A stretch of DNA of 62,175 bases, the filler included, from an uncultured Methanosarcinales archaeon (GTDB lineage Archaea; Nanobdellota; Nanobdellia; Woesearchaeales; CAIVOO01), in assembly GCA_964485195.1 (NCBI GenBank). It is 7 parts of 7 records of this genome, joined end to end, with 100 filler letters (N's around TTAATTAATTAA, not from the genome) between each part and the next. Parts side by side here need not be neighbours in the genome. Positions count along the whole stretch, not along the records: positions 1 to 20,894 come from CAZAIK010000011.1; positions 20,995 to 31,957 come from CAZAIK010000014.1; 5 more parts are not named here. The stretch is one strand, 5' to 3'. The position numbers and the translations under genes were made by a program. The notes beneath the pieces were generated by a model. The model saw nothing but the letters and a program-made list of their open reading frames with translations. It was not told the origin of the DNA and searched no databases. Positions 18,438-28,803 of this stretch are shown here, one piece after another (positions within the stretch are counted from its first letter, which is position 1; each line of letters begins with the position of its first letter).

Positions 18438-19598
18438 CTAATGCTCAAACTTCTTCTCGCTCTCCTCAAGCGCCTTCAGTCCCGGAAGCTCAGAGCCTTC
18501 CATAAACTGCAAGGCAGCCCCCCCTGCAGTTGATACAAAAGTGAATTTGCCTGACAGGCCGAGCTTGTCCACCAGCTCCCCTGTGTCTCCTCCGCCCACT
18601 ATGGTCGCGGCATCCAGTGAAGCAATGTGGCTTGCAATATCCTCAGTGCCCTTTGCAAACTCCTTTATCTCAGCCACTCCCACAGGGCCGTTCCAAATAA
18701 CAGTCTTTGCCTGGTTAAGAATCTGCCTGTAATACCTCACCGTTGCCTCGCCGATGTCAACTCCGATGTCATCCTTCCCTATCTTCTCAACACTCACATT
18801 CCTTGTTTCCTCTCCTTTCTCTATCCTTCCTGCAACTACAGCGTCTATTGGTATCACTATCTTCTTCTTGTTCTCCTCAAGCAGTCTCTTGGCGATTTCC
18901 ACATTGTCCTCCTCATACTTGCTCTTGCCTATTCCAAATCCAAGGGCTTTAAGGAAGGTGAACATCATAGCCCCTCCGATAAGGACAACATCAACCTTTT
19001 TCAGCAGGTTCTTGATTAGTTTTATCTTGGTGGAAACCTTTGCGCCTCCCATAACAGCAACAGCAGGATGTCTAATCTTGTCAAGGTTAAGGTTTATTGT
19101 CTCCCTCACCAGCTGGAAGCCGGCGCAGGAAGGCAACAGCTTGGGTATCTGCGCAACAGAGGCGTGCTCCCTGTGGCAGACTGAGAAGGCGTCATTCACG
19201 AAAATGTCCTTGTTGGCGGCCAGCTTCCTGGCAAACATTTCATCATTTTCCTTTTCCTCAGGATGAAATCTCAGGTTCTCAAGCAGGGCAACCCTTTTTT
19301 CAGGAACCTCAATGTCAATGCAGTCGTCCAGCTTTTCAACATTGATTCCAATTAGTTCGGAAAGCCTTTTTGCAACAGGATTTAACCTTAAGTCATCAAC
19401 AACCTTTCCCTCCGGCCTTCCCAGATGCGATATGATAACAACCTGCTTTGCCTTGTTGTTAAGGATATACCTTATGGTCTCAACACTTGCTTTTATCCTG
19501 GTGTCATCCTTTACATTCCCGTCTTCAAGGGGAACATTATAATCCGCCCTTAAGAGAACCCTCTTTTCACCAAAGTCCATGTCAGTGATTTTTAGCAT
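18438..19598 (-). CDS. pgk: Phosphoglycerate kinase
   Basis: RADYNVP, SHLGRP, LENLRF, GGAKVSTK, WNGP, GGGDT, STAGGA. Confidence 0.97.
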   Translation of the reverse strand: MLKITDMDFGEKRVLLRADYNVPLEDGNVKDDTRIKASVETIRYILNNKAKQVVIISHLGRPEGKVVDDLRLNPVAKRLSELIGINVEKLDDCIDIEVPEKRVALLENLRFHPEEKENDEMFARKLAANKDIFVNDAFSVCHREHASVAQIPKLLPSCAGFQLVRETINLNLDKIRHPAVAVMGGAKVSTKIKLIKNLLKKVDVVLIGGAMMFTFLKALGFGIGKSKYEEDNVEIAKRLLEENKKKIVIPIDAVVAGRIEKGEETRNVSVEKIGKDDIGVDIGEATVRYYRQILNQAKTVIWNGPVGVAEIKEFAKGTEDIASHIASLDAATIVGGGDTGELVDKLGLSGKFTFVSTAGGAALQFMEGSELPGLKALEESEKKFEH

Positions 19599-19640
19599 TC
19601 GCCTCTTGCAGAATTAGTCAGGAGTGTTTTTTAAATGTTG

Positions 19641-19791
19641 TGTTAACGCGGTTAAGCCAGGTTAATTGTGCAAAAGCTGGTGCTGCGCTCCGTTCGATTA
19701 TTTAATCGCTTCTGAACCCGGCTTATTTGTAATCTTAGGCTTTAGCTGGCAACTGCGCCAGCACAGGATACCTGACTTAACTTGTTAACGC
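19641..19791. mobile_element. Candidate 133-bp MITE with imperfect 13-bp TIRs and 9-bp target-site duplication
   Basis: TGTTAACGC at 19641-49 and 19783-91; ends GGTTAAGCCAGGT / ACCTGACTTAACT (11/13 complementary). Confidence 0.55.
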
Positions 19792-20603
19792 AAATCCTTT
19801 ATCCGTTTCGCTGCTACTAAAGAGTCCCTGAAAGTTGGGTGAAAAAGGCTGTCAAGAAACTTCGTGAAAGACCTGCTCACAATCCATATCCCGAAATCCC
19901 TCCCGTGAACAAAGTCCTCATCGTCTGGGGAGGGCTCTATGATTATGCTGTGAGAGCCGTTTGAGAAGAAGTGATTGCTTATTTTTTTGTCGCAATGCTT
20001 TATGTCGCAGATTTCGCTCAGGGAGGTTGCATCCTCTGCGTTATTCTTTGTAATGTTGCAGGCAATGTTTATTCCTTTGCCATTTTCCTTTGCCCTTTTA
20101 AGCAGCTCCTTTTGAAACACGAGCTTTTTCAGCCCGTTTTCAGTGGTGATAATGTTAATCCTTTGCCTGGCGTTGCTGACCAGTTCCTCCAGTTTCTTGT
20201 TTATGCTGGTGCGCCCCTTGATAATCAGGAAAGAGTCGTTAGGCTCAAAGGCCTTTTTATTCTTGGCAAAGATAGGCTCAAGGGTGTCCTTCACGCTCTT
20301 CTCTATTTTCTTAAGCTTCTTGTCAGTGTGGTTCTTGACATTGTTTATGACTTCCTGGGGGGAGACTGCCTGGCATTTCAAGGGCTTTGTGGGGAGTGTT
20401 ATGACAAAGCCCTTGTTTGAGAGGGAGTTTATGATCTCATATATTTTCCCGTAAGGGATTCCTGTTATGTCGCTGATGGTTTTAGCAGTGGAAATGCCCT
20501 CCTCCACAAGCGTAAGGTAAATCCGCGATTCGTACTTGTTCAAGCCCAGCTCCAGTAACAGGGTAAAGACAGAGTCCACTTCACACCTCCTTTGTTCGTG
20601 CAT
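19785..20603 (-). CDS. TrmB family transcriptional regulator
   Basis: LGLNKYESRIY...TISDITGIPYGKIYEIINSL wHTH; IKGR..I..KL.E effector domain. Confidence 0.9.
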   Translation of the reverse strand: MHEQRRCEVDSVFTLLLELGLNKYESRIYLTLVEEGISTAKTISDITGIPYGKIYEIINSLSNKGFVITLPTKPLKCQAVSPQEVINNVKNHTDKKLKKIEKSVKDTLEPIFAKNKKAFEPNDSFLIIKGRTSINKKLEELVSNARQRINIITTENGLKKLVFQKELLKRAKENGKGINIACNITKNNAEDATSLSEICDIKHCDKKISNHFFSNGSHSIIIEPSPDDEDFVHGRDFGIWIVSRSFTKFLDSLFHPTFRDSLVAAKRIKDLR

Positions 20604-20829
20604 TGCCGCTTTGGATATTTATGAATTTTTTATACCCTACTAGGGGATGTCTTTTTTTATCCTTCAAAAGGTAAAAACCGGTAATGCCTTTCAGGAGTAA
20701 AAACAAGCCATTTTATTAAATTTCACTTTAATATTTGTGTAAAAATTCCCTTTATTGGATAAAGAAACTCTTTATTTGGCTAAAAAAATGCCGTAATATT
20801 GAAATAGCATTCCCTCCCAACAGGAGGTA

Positions 20830-20894
20830 ATGGTTGAGATAAGAGAGGCGAAATTAGAGGATTCTGAGCAAATTGCAAGGTTATATGGTGATGT
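20830..20894 (+). CDS. N-terminus of a probable GNAT acetyltransferase, truncated by contig end
   Basis: GGAGGT RBS; MVEIREAKLEDSEQIARLYGD. Confidence 0.55.
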
Positions 20895-20994
20895 NNNNNN
20901 NNNNNNNNNNNNNNNNNNNNNNNNNNNNNNNNNNNNNNTTAATTAATTAANNNNNNNNNNNNNNNNNNNNNNNNNNNNNNNNNNNNNNNNNNNN
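20895..20994. other. Artificial contig linker
   Basis: N run with central TTAATTAATTAA (stops in all frames). Confidence 0.98.
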
Positions 20995-21528
20995 GCTGAA
21001 AATAAGTTAATAATGAGAACATCGCCATTTTTTTATGAATAGGTCAGGATAAATAAAAGTAAGAAAAATTAGGGAAAAAATGAGCAAAATCCATAAAAAT
21101 GAATTGAATCCAAAAAAATGGATGTTTGTTGATTTTTCAAGATTAAAAAAAAATACATATCTCTGATAACATTGAACTTAAGTCAAAGCTTAATTTGGCC
21201 CAAAAATTGCATAATAAATAAGTATCTGTATTAATAGAATATTAAATATTAATAGGAAGACAGTAAAGAAGGGGAGAAAATTGGATTTGCAATTACATTT
21301 GGAGAAATACAATAAAATAAATTTAGAACTATTTATTAACCATAAAATAAATAATCGGGGAGGTGATGCAAAACTAAAATATTATCAGCCAAGAAAAATG
21401 AGGTTATTTATGTCAGCTTGTGAAAGAATTTCAGAAAGATGGAATTCATCACAAGCTAGGGTATGAAAAATGGAAAAACTTGAGTCCTTAGCTTCAAAAA
21501 AAGAAGAGAGGGACAAAAGGAGGAAAAA

Positions 21529-24500
21529 TTGAGTAAATTTCGCAATTGCTTTTTTGCTGTACTTGGAGTTCTTCTTCTTGTTGGAACCATCACAGCACAA
21601 GCTCCGACTGGAAAGATAGTTGGAACAGTTACAGATGATCAGGACACACCTCTTCCAGGAGTGACTGTTGAAGCAGACAGTCCCAACATGGTCGGAACTG
21701 CCACTGCCGTCACCAATAGAGATGGAGTCTACCGTCTGTTTGGGCTGTCTTCAGGCACCTACACCATTAAATATGTCTTGGATGGTTTTAATACTGTCAT
21801 CCGACAAGACATTGTGGTGCTTGTGGAGCAGACCATTACAGTGAATATTGATATGACTCCAGGAGCCATAGAAGAAGAGATCACGGTTGTGGGACAGTCC
21901 CCGTTGGTGGATGTCAAGAGCACCACCAAAGGCATGACCATCACTAGGGAAATGTTTGAGATGCTTCCAAAAGGAAGGAATTTCGATACTTTAGTAACCG
22001 CTGTTCCTGGTGTGAATTCAGAGCCTTATGCCGGTGGACTTTCTGTTGACGGCGCCAGTGGTGCCGAAAACATGTACTATATGGACGGCATGGATATCAC
22101 CAACATGGACCAGGGAGACAGAGATCAATCTGCTGCTTTCGAGTTTGTGGATGAAGTGAAGATCGTGGCCAGTGGATATCAGTCTGAGTTCGGAGGATCC
22201 ATGGGTGGAGTGGTCAATGTTATCACCCGTTCCGGTGGAAATGTATTCCATGGTGAACTGATCGGTTATTATTCCGGAAGCGCTCTGGATGGACAGGAGA
22301 GAGACTCACTAAGGTTGGATCCTACAGATACCTCTGTTGCCGAGTACGTCAATTATCAAACCGGAGAAGGACTGGATAGAGCCCTGGGCAAAGATAAAGA
22401 AAACCGTTATGAAGTCGGCTTCAGTCTGGGCGGCTATATCGTTAAAGACCGGCTGTGGTTTTTTGGTTCATTTTTACCTGTGTTCCGCGACACAACCAGA
22501 GATGTGCAGTGGGTTCCTGCAGGAGCCGCTCCTGACAGCTCCCACACACGGCATCAGACCTGGTGGAACGGGCAGTTCAAATTAACCGCTCAACCTATGA
22601 AAAACTTAAGACTGTCTGCTGCCGGTGTCTCTAATTTTTACAAGTACAGAGGAACCCTTCCGGCAAGAGACGGAACAGGTAATCCGGAAGGTGTGTACAG
22701 TGATATTGGTTATGATTATCCCAATTACAGCGGCACAGTCACTGCCGAGTATTCAATGGGGTCTAACCTGTTCTTCAGTCTGCGCGGTGGATATTTCTTT
22801 AAAAACACCACCAACCAGCAGGTAAAACCCCCTGATGATCCCAGATGGCGCTTTCTTAAAGAAGCTCCGGGTTATGCTTACACCAACAACCTGATGTTTG
22901 ATGAGATCCCGGAAAGCCTCCAGCATGGAAGTGGCTGGTACAACATCAGTTACGGTGAATTGTTCGAGACCAAAAAGGACATCCGGAACCGATTGGCGGT
23001 TAACTTTGACACCACTTTGTATGTTGACCTGATCGGTGAACATGCCTTGAAAGCCGGTGTTCAGATGGTACGGATTGAGGAAGACATTGACAACACCATC
23101 AATGAGATTTATGTGATGCTGGGTTGGGATCGAAGCTTCACTTATCTGGATACAGGAGAAACTGTACGCGGTACCTACGGATACTATGCCGTCAGAGGAG
23201 GAGATGCCGGACCTTACGGCACCTTTGCCAATCCCAACTCCTTTCGCTGGGCTCTGTATCTGCAGGATTCCTGGACACCCAGCTTTGCCAACAACAAGCT
23301 GACTCTGAACTTTGGAGTGAGAGCTGAAAAAGAAGACATCCCCAGCTTCTCAGACCTTCCAGAATACGATTATCCACCAGTTCAATTTGGTTTTGGGGAT
23401 AAGATCGCACCCAGATTGGGCTTCATCTATGACCTGTTTGGTGATGCTTCTACCAAGATTTTCGGAAGTTATGGATTGTATTACGATGTCATGAAGCTGG
23501 ATATGGCCGTGGGTTCTTACGGTGGATTCAAATGGTGGAGTGATTACTACACTTTGGATGACTATGACTTCACCAAGATCACCAAAGAGAATCCCGGTGC
23601 CGGCGGAACCTATCTTGAAACTTACAACTGGCGTGAACCTTCCTTTGACTCCACTGACCCGGATCTTTTACCCACACTTCAGACAGAGCTCACTTTTGGT
23701 TTAGAGAGAAAGATCATTGAAAACCTTTCTGCCACAGTCAGAGTGGTGAACAAGCACATAGTGCGCACCATCGAAGACGTGGGTGTTTTGACCCCGACCG
23801 GTGAATCCTACTACACAGCCAATCCGGGATTCGGTTACACTCTGCCCGAATCTGAAGGTGGAATGTTTTCTGATAAATACCCAACCACCCCCAAGGCCAA
23901 GCGCGAATACTGGGGCGTGAACATTGCTTTGGATAAGCGCTTCAGCAACAACTGGCTGGGTGGATTCTCTTACACTTGGAGCCGCCTGTGGGGTAACTAC
24001 TCTGGTCTGGCAAGTTCAGATGAATGGGGAAGAAATGACCCCAATGTGGAAAGGTATTGGGACCTGTGGTGGCACATGTGGGATAAGAATTTGGAAGAGA
24101 TTACGGGCCTGCTCAACACAGACCGACCGCACCAGTTCAAAATTTATGGTTCTTATGCTTTCCCGTTTGGTTTGACTGTAGGAACGGTCATGAACGGTAT
24201 GAGTGGAATTCCAGTCACCAGAGAGCTTCACACCGGCCTGGAAGGATATTACCCAGATGGTCGTCTCACTGATGGCCGGGCTCCGTTCCTGTTTTTTGCT
24301 GACTTGTACGCAGAGTATAATCTGAGAGTGACAGACCGTTACAGAGTGCAGTTCACAGTGAATGTGGATAATGTGTTTGATGTGTCCACAGCCCGAAGAC
24401 TTTACACCCTAATGAACCAGACATCTGCGGTGTTGACTGATGAAGAGAGACTGGCAGGATGGGATTATAATGAGAACGCCAACACAGTGACCACCATCGA

Positions 24501-24597
24501 CAGAACAATCAGCTATGTGCCTGATCCCCGTTTCCTCAAGGAAATGGCTTTCTTTCCCCCAATCTCAGCTCGATTCGGAATCAAGTTCATATTCTAA
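21529..24597 (+). CDS. TonB-dependent receptor (Oar-like) with N-terminal carboxypeptidase-regulatory-like domain
   Basis: AGGAGG RBS and TTG start, signal peptide, LPGVTV, plug region, YLQDSW, C-terminal GIKFIF. Confidence 0.92.
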   Translation: MSKFRNCFFAVLGVLLLVGTITAQAPTGKIVGTVTDDQDTPLPGVTVEADSPNMVGTATAVTNRDGVYRLFGLSSGTYTIKYVLDGFNTVIRQDIVVLVEQTITVNIDMTPGAIEEEITVVGQSPLVDVKSTTKGMTITREMFEMLPKGRNFDTLVTAVPGVNSEPYAGGLSVDGASGAENMYYMDGMDITNMDQGDRDQSAAFEFVDEVKIVASGYQSEFGGSMGGVVNVITRSGGNVFHGELIGYYSGSALDGQERDSLRLDPTDTSVAEYVNYQTGEGLDRALGKDKENRYEVGFSLGGYIVKDRLWFFGSFLPVFRDTTRDVQWVPAGAAPDSSHTRHQTWWNGQFKLTAQPMKNLRLSAAGVSNFYKYRGTLPARDGTGNPEGVYSDIGYDYPNYSGTVTAEYSMGSNLFFSLRGGYFFKNTTNQQVKPPDDPRWRFLKEAPGYAYTNNLMFDEIPESLQHGSGWYNISYGELFETKKDIRNRLAVNFDTTLYVDLIGEHALKAGVQMVRIEEDIDNTINEIYVMLGWDRSFTYLDTGETVRGTYGYYAVRGGDAGPYGTFANPNSFRWALYLQDSWTPSFANNKLTLNFGVRAEKEDIPSFSDLPEYDYPPVQFGFGDKIAPRLGFIYDLFGDASTKIFGSYGLYYDVMKLDMAVGSYGGFKWWSDYYTLDDYDFTKITKENPGAGGTYLETYNWREPSFDSTDPDLLPTLQTELTFGLERKIIENLSATVRVVNKHIVRTIEDVGVLTPTGESYYTANPGFGYTLPESEGGMFSDKYPTTPKAKREYWGVNIALDKRFSNNWLGGFSYTWSRLWGNYSGLASSDEWGRNDPNVERYWDLWWHMWDKNLEEITGLLNTDRPHQFKIYGSYAFPFGLTVGTVMNGMSGIPVTRELHTGLEGYYPDGRLTDGRAPFLFFADLYAEYNLRVTDRYRVQFTVNVDNVFDVSTARRLYTLMNQTSAVLTDEERLAGWDYNENANTVTTIDRTISYVPDPRFLKEMAFFPPISARFGIKFIF

Positions 24598-24628
24598 TTA
24601 GATAGAGTCAAATTTAACTGAAATGCAA

Positions 24629-24666
24629 GCCCCCTTTCCGGGGAGACCCGGGAAGGGGGTTTTTTT
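24629..24666 (+). terminator. Rho-independent terminator
   Basis: GCCCCCTTTCCGGG-GAGA-CCCGGGAAGGGGGT followed by a T run. Confidence 0.9.
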
Positions 24667-24678
24667 ATGAATGGATTA

Positions 24679-25674
24679 TTATTTCTTATCGACGATAAAT
24701 TCCAGCACTCTTTTCACGGTAGGAGCTTCCGGAGAATCCGGATCCAGTTCTAAGAATTTCTTAAAACTCTCTTCTGCGTTTTCAAAGTCACCTTTGTTGA
24801 GATAGACATAACCTAACTTTAGATAGGGAGGAGGCCAGTCAGATTTGATCTTAGTGGAGATAGTGAAGTACTTGATGGCTTGATCGATTTTTTGGTTGGC
24901 AAAGTAGATCTCGCCCACATTGTAAGCTAAAATTTCATTCTCCGGATAAACCTCAAGAGACTGTTCGAAGTAACTCTGAGCTTTTTCCAGGTCCTGCATT
25001 TTCAGATAGCATTCCCCGATTCCAGCCAGAGCTTTGGATGCCATCTCCTTTCCTAAATCTTTATCTTTTTCTGCTTCTTCCAATACTTTTTGGTAGTTTT
25101 CTATAGCCAGTTCAAACTCTCCCATTTCTCTGTAGCAGTCTCCGGTACTGGCATGGGTCTGGTAAGCATTTGGATTTTCTTCCAAAAACTGCTGAAGTAA
25201 AGACAGCGCGTGGTCATATTTTTGTTCATTATACAGAGCATTGGCTTGATCAATAAGGTCCAAAGAAGAAGTCCCCTTGATATCCAATCCTTCGGCTTTT
25301 ATCTTTTTTAAAGTCAATTCAATTTTTGGATTTCTCTCCAGCTGCCGGACATATAATTCGGTAGAAGCTGCGATATAACCTTCTTTGGAAGCAGTCACTT
25401 TCCACATTCCTGTTCCCAGACCTAATATGGCCCATTCTCCTTTCTTGTCAGTGGAGGTGACTTCTCTGACTTCAGGATTTTCAATGAACTCACAGACAAC
25501 TTGTGCTGAGGGGATTCCCTCATTGTTTTCATCAACCACAATTCCGGATATCCGCGCTCTACCGTGACCGGCTTGAGCCCAAAGAGAAGCTGTGGAAAAA
25601 ATAATAATGGTGATTAAAATGAAAAATTTTTTATAGGGTTTGGTATCCATCATGCCTTTATAACCTCCGGTCAT
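24679..25674 (-). CDS. Secreted protein: carboxypeptidase-regulatory-like domain + TPR repeats
   Basis: ISGIVVDE...TDKKGEW..LGL..G.WKV; several TPR motifs. Confidence 0.88.
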   Translation of the reverse strand: MTGGYKGMMDTKPYKKFFILITIIIFSTASLWAQAGHGRARISGIVVDENNEGIPSAQVVCEFIENPEVREVTSTDKKGEWAILGLGTGMWKVTASKEGYIAASTELYVRQLERNPKIELTLKKIKAEGLDIKGTSSLDLIDQANALYNEQKYDHALSLLQQFLEENPNAYQTHASTGDCYREMGEFELAIENYQKVLEEAEKDKDLGKEMASKALAGIGECYLKMQDLEKAQSYFEQSLEVYPENEILAYNVGEIYFANQKIDQAIKYFTISTKIKSDWPPPYLKLGYVYLNKGDFENAEESFKKFLELDPDSPEAPTVKRVLEFIVDKK

Positions 25675-25696
25675 TCCTATATAGAATTGATTTTTT

Positions 25697-26605
25697 CTAT
25701 TTCACCCTAAATTTTAGAGTTCGGCTTATCCGATTTTTATCTTCCTTATTTTCGATTTCTATTTTGACGGTGTGTTGACCCGGATCCAGCTCGGCGGGTA
25801 TTTGGATCAAATAATCTTCTCTGAATTTATCATCCAGATTTTCCTCAGAAAAAGAAAGAGGATAATCCGCATCCTTTCCCCATATTTTTTCTTTTGAATT
25901 ATCAAAGACTTCTAGGGATACGGAAAGGGTGGTCTGCCAAATGCCATCCTGTTCTTCAAACCATATGTTTTTGTATGGGATTTTAATCTGGAAAACCACT
26001 TCTCCCTGTTCTGTTTTTAGAATTTTCGTTTTAAAGTCAAACACCACATCTTTTCTTTCCACAGAAGGTTTTTCATCCATCTGTGCCTTGTTCATCTGTG
26101 CGATGTGCTGGGCACCAAGAGGAGTGAGTTCATAATCACCGTTCCAGTCTGTATCCACAAAAATGATGGGATAAAATCCGTAATACCACACCTCTTCAGG
26201 TTTTCCATAGAAAGAGCGCCCCCTAGGATAGGTATGACGCTCAAAAGGTGGGCCGAGCAGTATATAGACTCTTCCTCTGTCTTGGAGCCATCCTGGAGTG
26301 CCTCCTTCCTTAAAGAGCAGATTAGCCATTTCAATCCGTTCATAATATTCTTCTTTGAATTCATTTTCTTCTGTGGAAGGATCTGGGTCTCTTTTTTTCC
26401 AGAATTCCTTGATGAACTCATCTCTTTCCGATTTGGGGAGGTTGAGAAATATCTTTTTTTCCTGGGCGGTAATGATGTAACGGACCTTAGAAAAAAATTC
26501 TTTGTTTTCAGGACTGAGATTTTTTATTTGTTGACGCATGGCGCAGCCTTCAAAAAAGCCCAGACAATAAAAAAAAACTAGGGGATATATAAATTCTTTT
26601 TTCAT
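25697..26605 (-). CDS. GWxTD domain protein (probable lipoprotein)
   Basis: FWKKRDPDP...GWLQDRGRVYILLGPP. Confidence 0.88.
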   Translation of the reverse strand: MKKEFIYPLVFFYCLGFFEGCAMRQQIKNLSPENKEFFSKVRYIITAQEKKIFLNLPKSERDEFIKEFWKKRDPDPSTEENEFKEEYYERIEMANLLFKEGGTPGWLQDRGRVYILLGPPFERHTYPRGRSFYGKPEEVWYYGFYPIIFVDTDWNGDYELTPLGAQHIAQMNKAQMDEKPSVERKDVVFDFKTKILKTEQGEVVFQIKIPYKNIWFEEQDGIWQTTLSVSLEVFDNSKEKIWGKDADYPLSFSEENLDDKFREDYLIQIPAELDPGQHTVKIEIENKEDKNRISRTLKFRVK

Positions 26606-28689
26606 TTTTTTTGGTTCCTTTTTATGGATTCAACAGTTTTTCTCAAATCCTCCTGGTTTGGATTGATCTCAAGTGACCTTTCCCAGGCAGTCAGGGCTTC
26701 TTCTAAATTGCCCAAGCGGTAATAGCATTCTCCTATGGAGTTGAGAATGGGAAGGTGGGTCCCAAAGTGAGAGAGATATTCTTTATAATATTGGATGGCT
26801 TGGTCGTATTCTTTAAGGGATTGAAGAGAGCGTGCCAGCAATGAGAGAAACTCATTTCTTTCCCGCTCAACAAAGGGAAGAGCGATTTGTTTGGCTTTCT
26901 GAAATTCTTTATTCTCAAACAGAAATTGAGTTAAGTCCAGTCCATATTTAGGTGAGGCGGGATTTTCATTATAAGCCTTTTCCAACAGGGAGCAAGCTCG
27001 GCTTAAATTTCCTGCGTTTTTTGCTTGAAGACCCAGAATGTTGGCATACATGGGATCATCTGAAGCAGGCATGGGAAAAGATACCACCCAAGGTCTGGGG
27101 AGATCCTCAAAAAAAGATATATAAAAATAATTCTGGGAGGAAAGGACTTCATTTTTCTTTGAATCCAATAAAGAGACTTTGATCCTGTAGTTGGCTGGTG
27201 AGTAATCAGAAAGAGGAAATTCTTCAATAAAGTAGGTTTTGTCTGCATAAGCAGTGATGTTTTTATTAAAAGAACGGATTTCTTTAAAAGAATGGATTTC
27301 TTTATCTTCTTTAAACAAAGTGTATCTTAAGATTCCTTCTTGTTCCAGCTTTTTATTCAGCCCAAAAACCTGAAAAAAGAGATAGAGAGTCTCGTCTTGA
27401 CAAAAGTCATTTCTGGGAGAGGGAACAAGTTGGGTGTCGCTGAAAAGAAAGGGCTTGATATTTCCTTGGTATTTAGAATTCTCCACAGCCCTATTGGCTA
27501 AAGTCAGATCGCTCATGATAAGCGAAGAAGAGCTGGGAATATTTAATGAGACTTCAAAAGAAGTGAATTCTTTGGATACCGTATTTTTCATCAATAAGTC
27601 AAGTCTATAACTGCCTTCTATTAAGGGAAACAAATCCTGAAAGCTGAATAACTTTTGTCGGATATTTTTAAGTTGGCTAGGTGTGAGTTCAATCAGGGCT
27701 TTCCGTTCATATTGATAAATGATTTTTCCCTCTGAATTGGTGATACTTCCATTGACTTCAAAATTGCTGAAATAGTTGTTTTCGACATTTTCAACAGAAA
27801 ATTGACTGGGTTCGATCAAGTAATGAACAAAGAACATTCCAGATTCATCCTGAATGACTCTGACCATGGCATCGCTTTCAATATAATTAGCTGAATAATC
27901 GACTTTGATAAAGTCCTTGTACTTTAGAAGCTTCTTGGCATAGGTGTCTTTGACTTTTTCATGAGGGGCTTCTGGAATCATCTGGGAAATCAGGATTTCG
28001 GAGGCTATGGATGGGGAGTTTATGTATTGGATTTCTGTAGGAATAAGGGTGAGGGAGATTCGGGCAACCGAAGGCTCGATATTCATAAGTTTGTTGTAGG
28101 CAGACAAATAATCTGTAGGGTCTCCGGTATATAGAGTAAGAAGATGCTGAGGACCGAATTTTATAGGAGAATAAAGTTCGTACTCTCCCATTCCCCCTCT
28201 TTTAAAAAACACCACATTAAAGGAATTAGGGAGTCCGTACTCAGCCATGCCTTCATAAAACCAAATGATGGTGGGATAGATCTCAGAATCATTTTCATAT
28301 CTTTCTATATAATCAGGATCTCCCAGGATAATGAATATTCTTCCCCTGGCAGTCCGCCATCCTGGTCCTGGAGCCTCACGACCGAAAACCTGGTTGGCGT
28401 GTTTTATGCGGCGGTAATGTTCTTCCTTGTATTTGTTTCCAGGAAGTTTAGGATTGGGATCTCTCTGTTTCCAGAAGGCTTCTATGAACATATCCCTTTC
28501 CCGGTCAGATTCAAGCTGAAGAAAGACATCTTTTTCATTTTCAGTGATGATATAGACCACTTCTTCTTCAAGCCAGATGCGGTATCTCTCCGGAAGGTCT
28601 TTGGGAGATTTTTTCTCTGCACGAATCATGACAGAGCACAGCATTGTCATGATAATCACGGTTATGAATAGTAAGGTATATTTTCTCAT
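26602..28689 (-). CDS. GWxTD domain protein with C-terminal TPRs
   Basis: WLEEEVVYII...FWKQRDP...GWRTARGRIFIILG. Confidence 0.9.
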   Translation of the reverse strand: MRKYTLLFITVIIMTMLCSVMIRAEKKSPKDLPERYRIWLEEEVVYIITENEKDVFLQLESDRERDMFIEAFWKQRDPNPKLPGNKYKEEHYRRIKHANQVFGREAPGPGWRTARGRIFIILGDPDYIERYENDSEIYPTIIWFYEGMAEYGLPNSFNVVFFKRGGMGEYELYSPIKFGPQHLLTLYTGDPTDYLSAYNKLMNIEPSVARISLTLIPTEIQYINSPSIASEILISQMIPEAPHEKVKDTYAKKLLKYKDFIKVDYSANYIESDAMVRVIQDESGMFFVHYLIEPSQFSVENVENNYFSNFEVNGSITNSEGKIIYQYERKALIELTPSQLKNIRQKLFSFQDLFPLIEGSYRLDLLMKNTVSKEFTSFEVSLNIPSSSSLIMSDLTLANRAVENSKYQGNIKPFLFSDTQLVPSPRNDFCQDETLYLFFQVFGLNKKLEQEGILRYTLFKEDKEIHSFKEIRSFNKNITAYADKTYFIEEFPLSDYSPANYRIKVSLLDSKKNEVLSSQNYFYISFFEDLPRPWVVSFPMPASDDPMYANILGLQAKNAGNLSRACSLLEKAYNENPASPKYGLDLTQFLFENKEFQKAKQIALPFVERERNEFLSLLARSLQSLKEYDQAIQYYKEYLSHFGTHLPILNSIGECYYRLGNLEEALTAWERSLEINPNQEDLRKTVESIKRNQKK

Positions 28690-28803
28690 TGTCTTTACTC
28701 AATATAATATAACTTTAAACTAAATTATGCAAGATATCAGGATTGATTTAGGAGTTTATTGGTACTATAATGTGGACTAAATAAATAGGGGAAAGGAGCT
28801 CTA

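Noticed and set aside
19571..19727. GAACCCGGCTTAT matches the RNase P RNA P4 3' strand, with AAAGTCC upstream
   Set aside because: The upstream match lies inside pgk, lacks GAGG and cannot complete P4; spacing is too short
20880..21010. Archaea-to-bacteria gene transfer junctions
   Set aside because: All lineage switches coincide with artificial linkers
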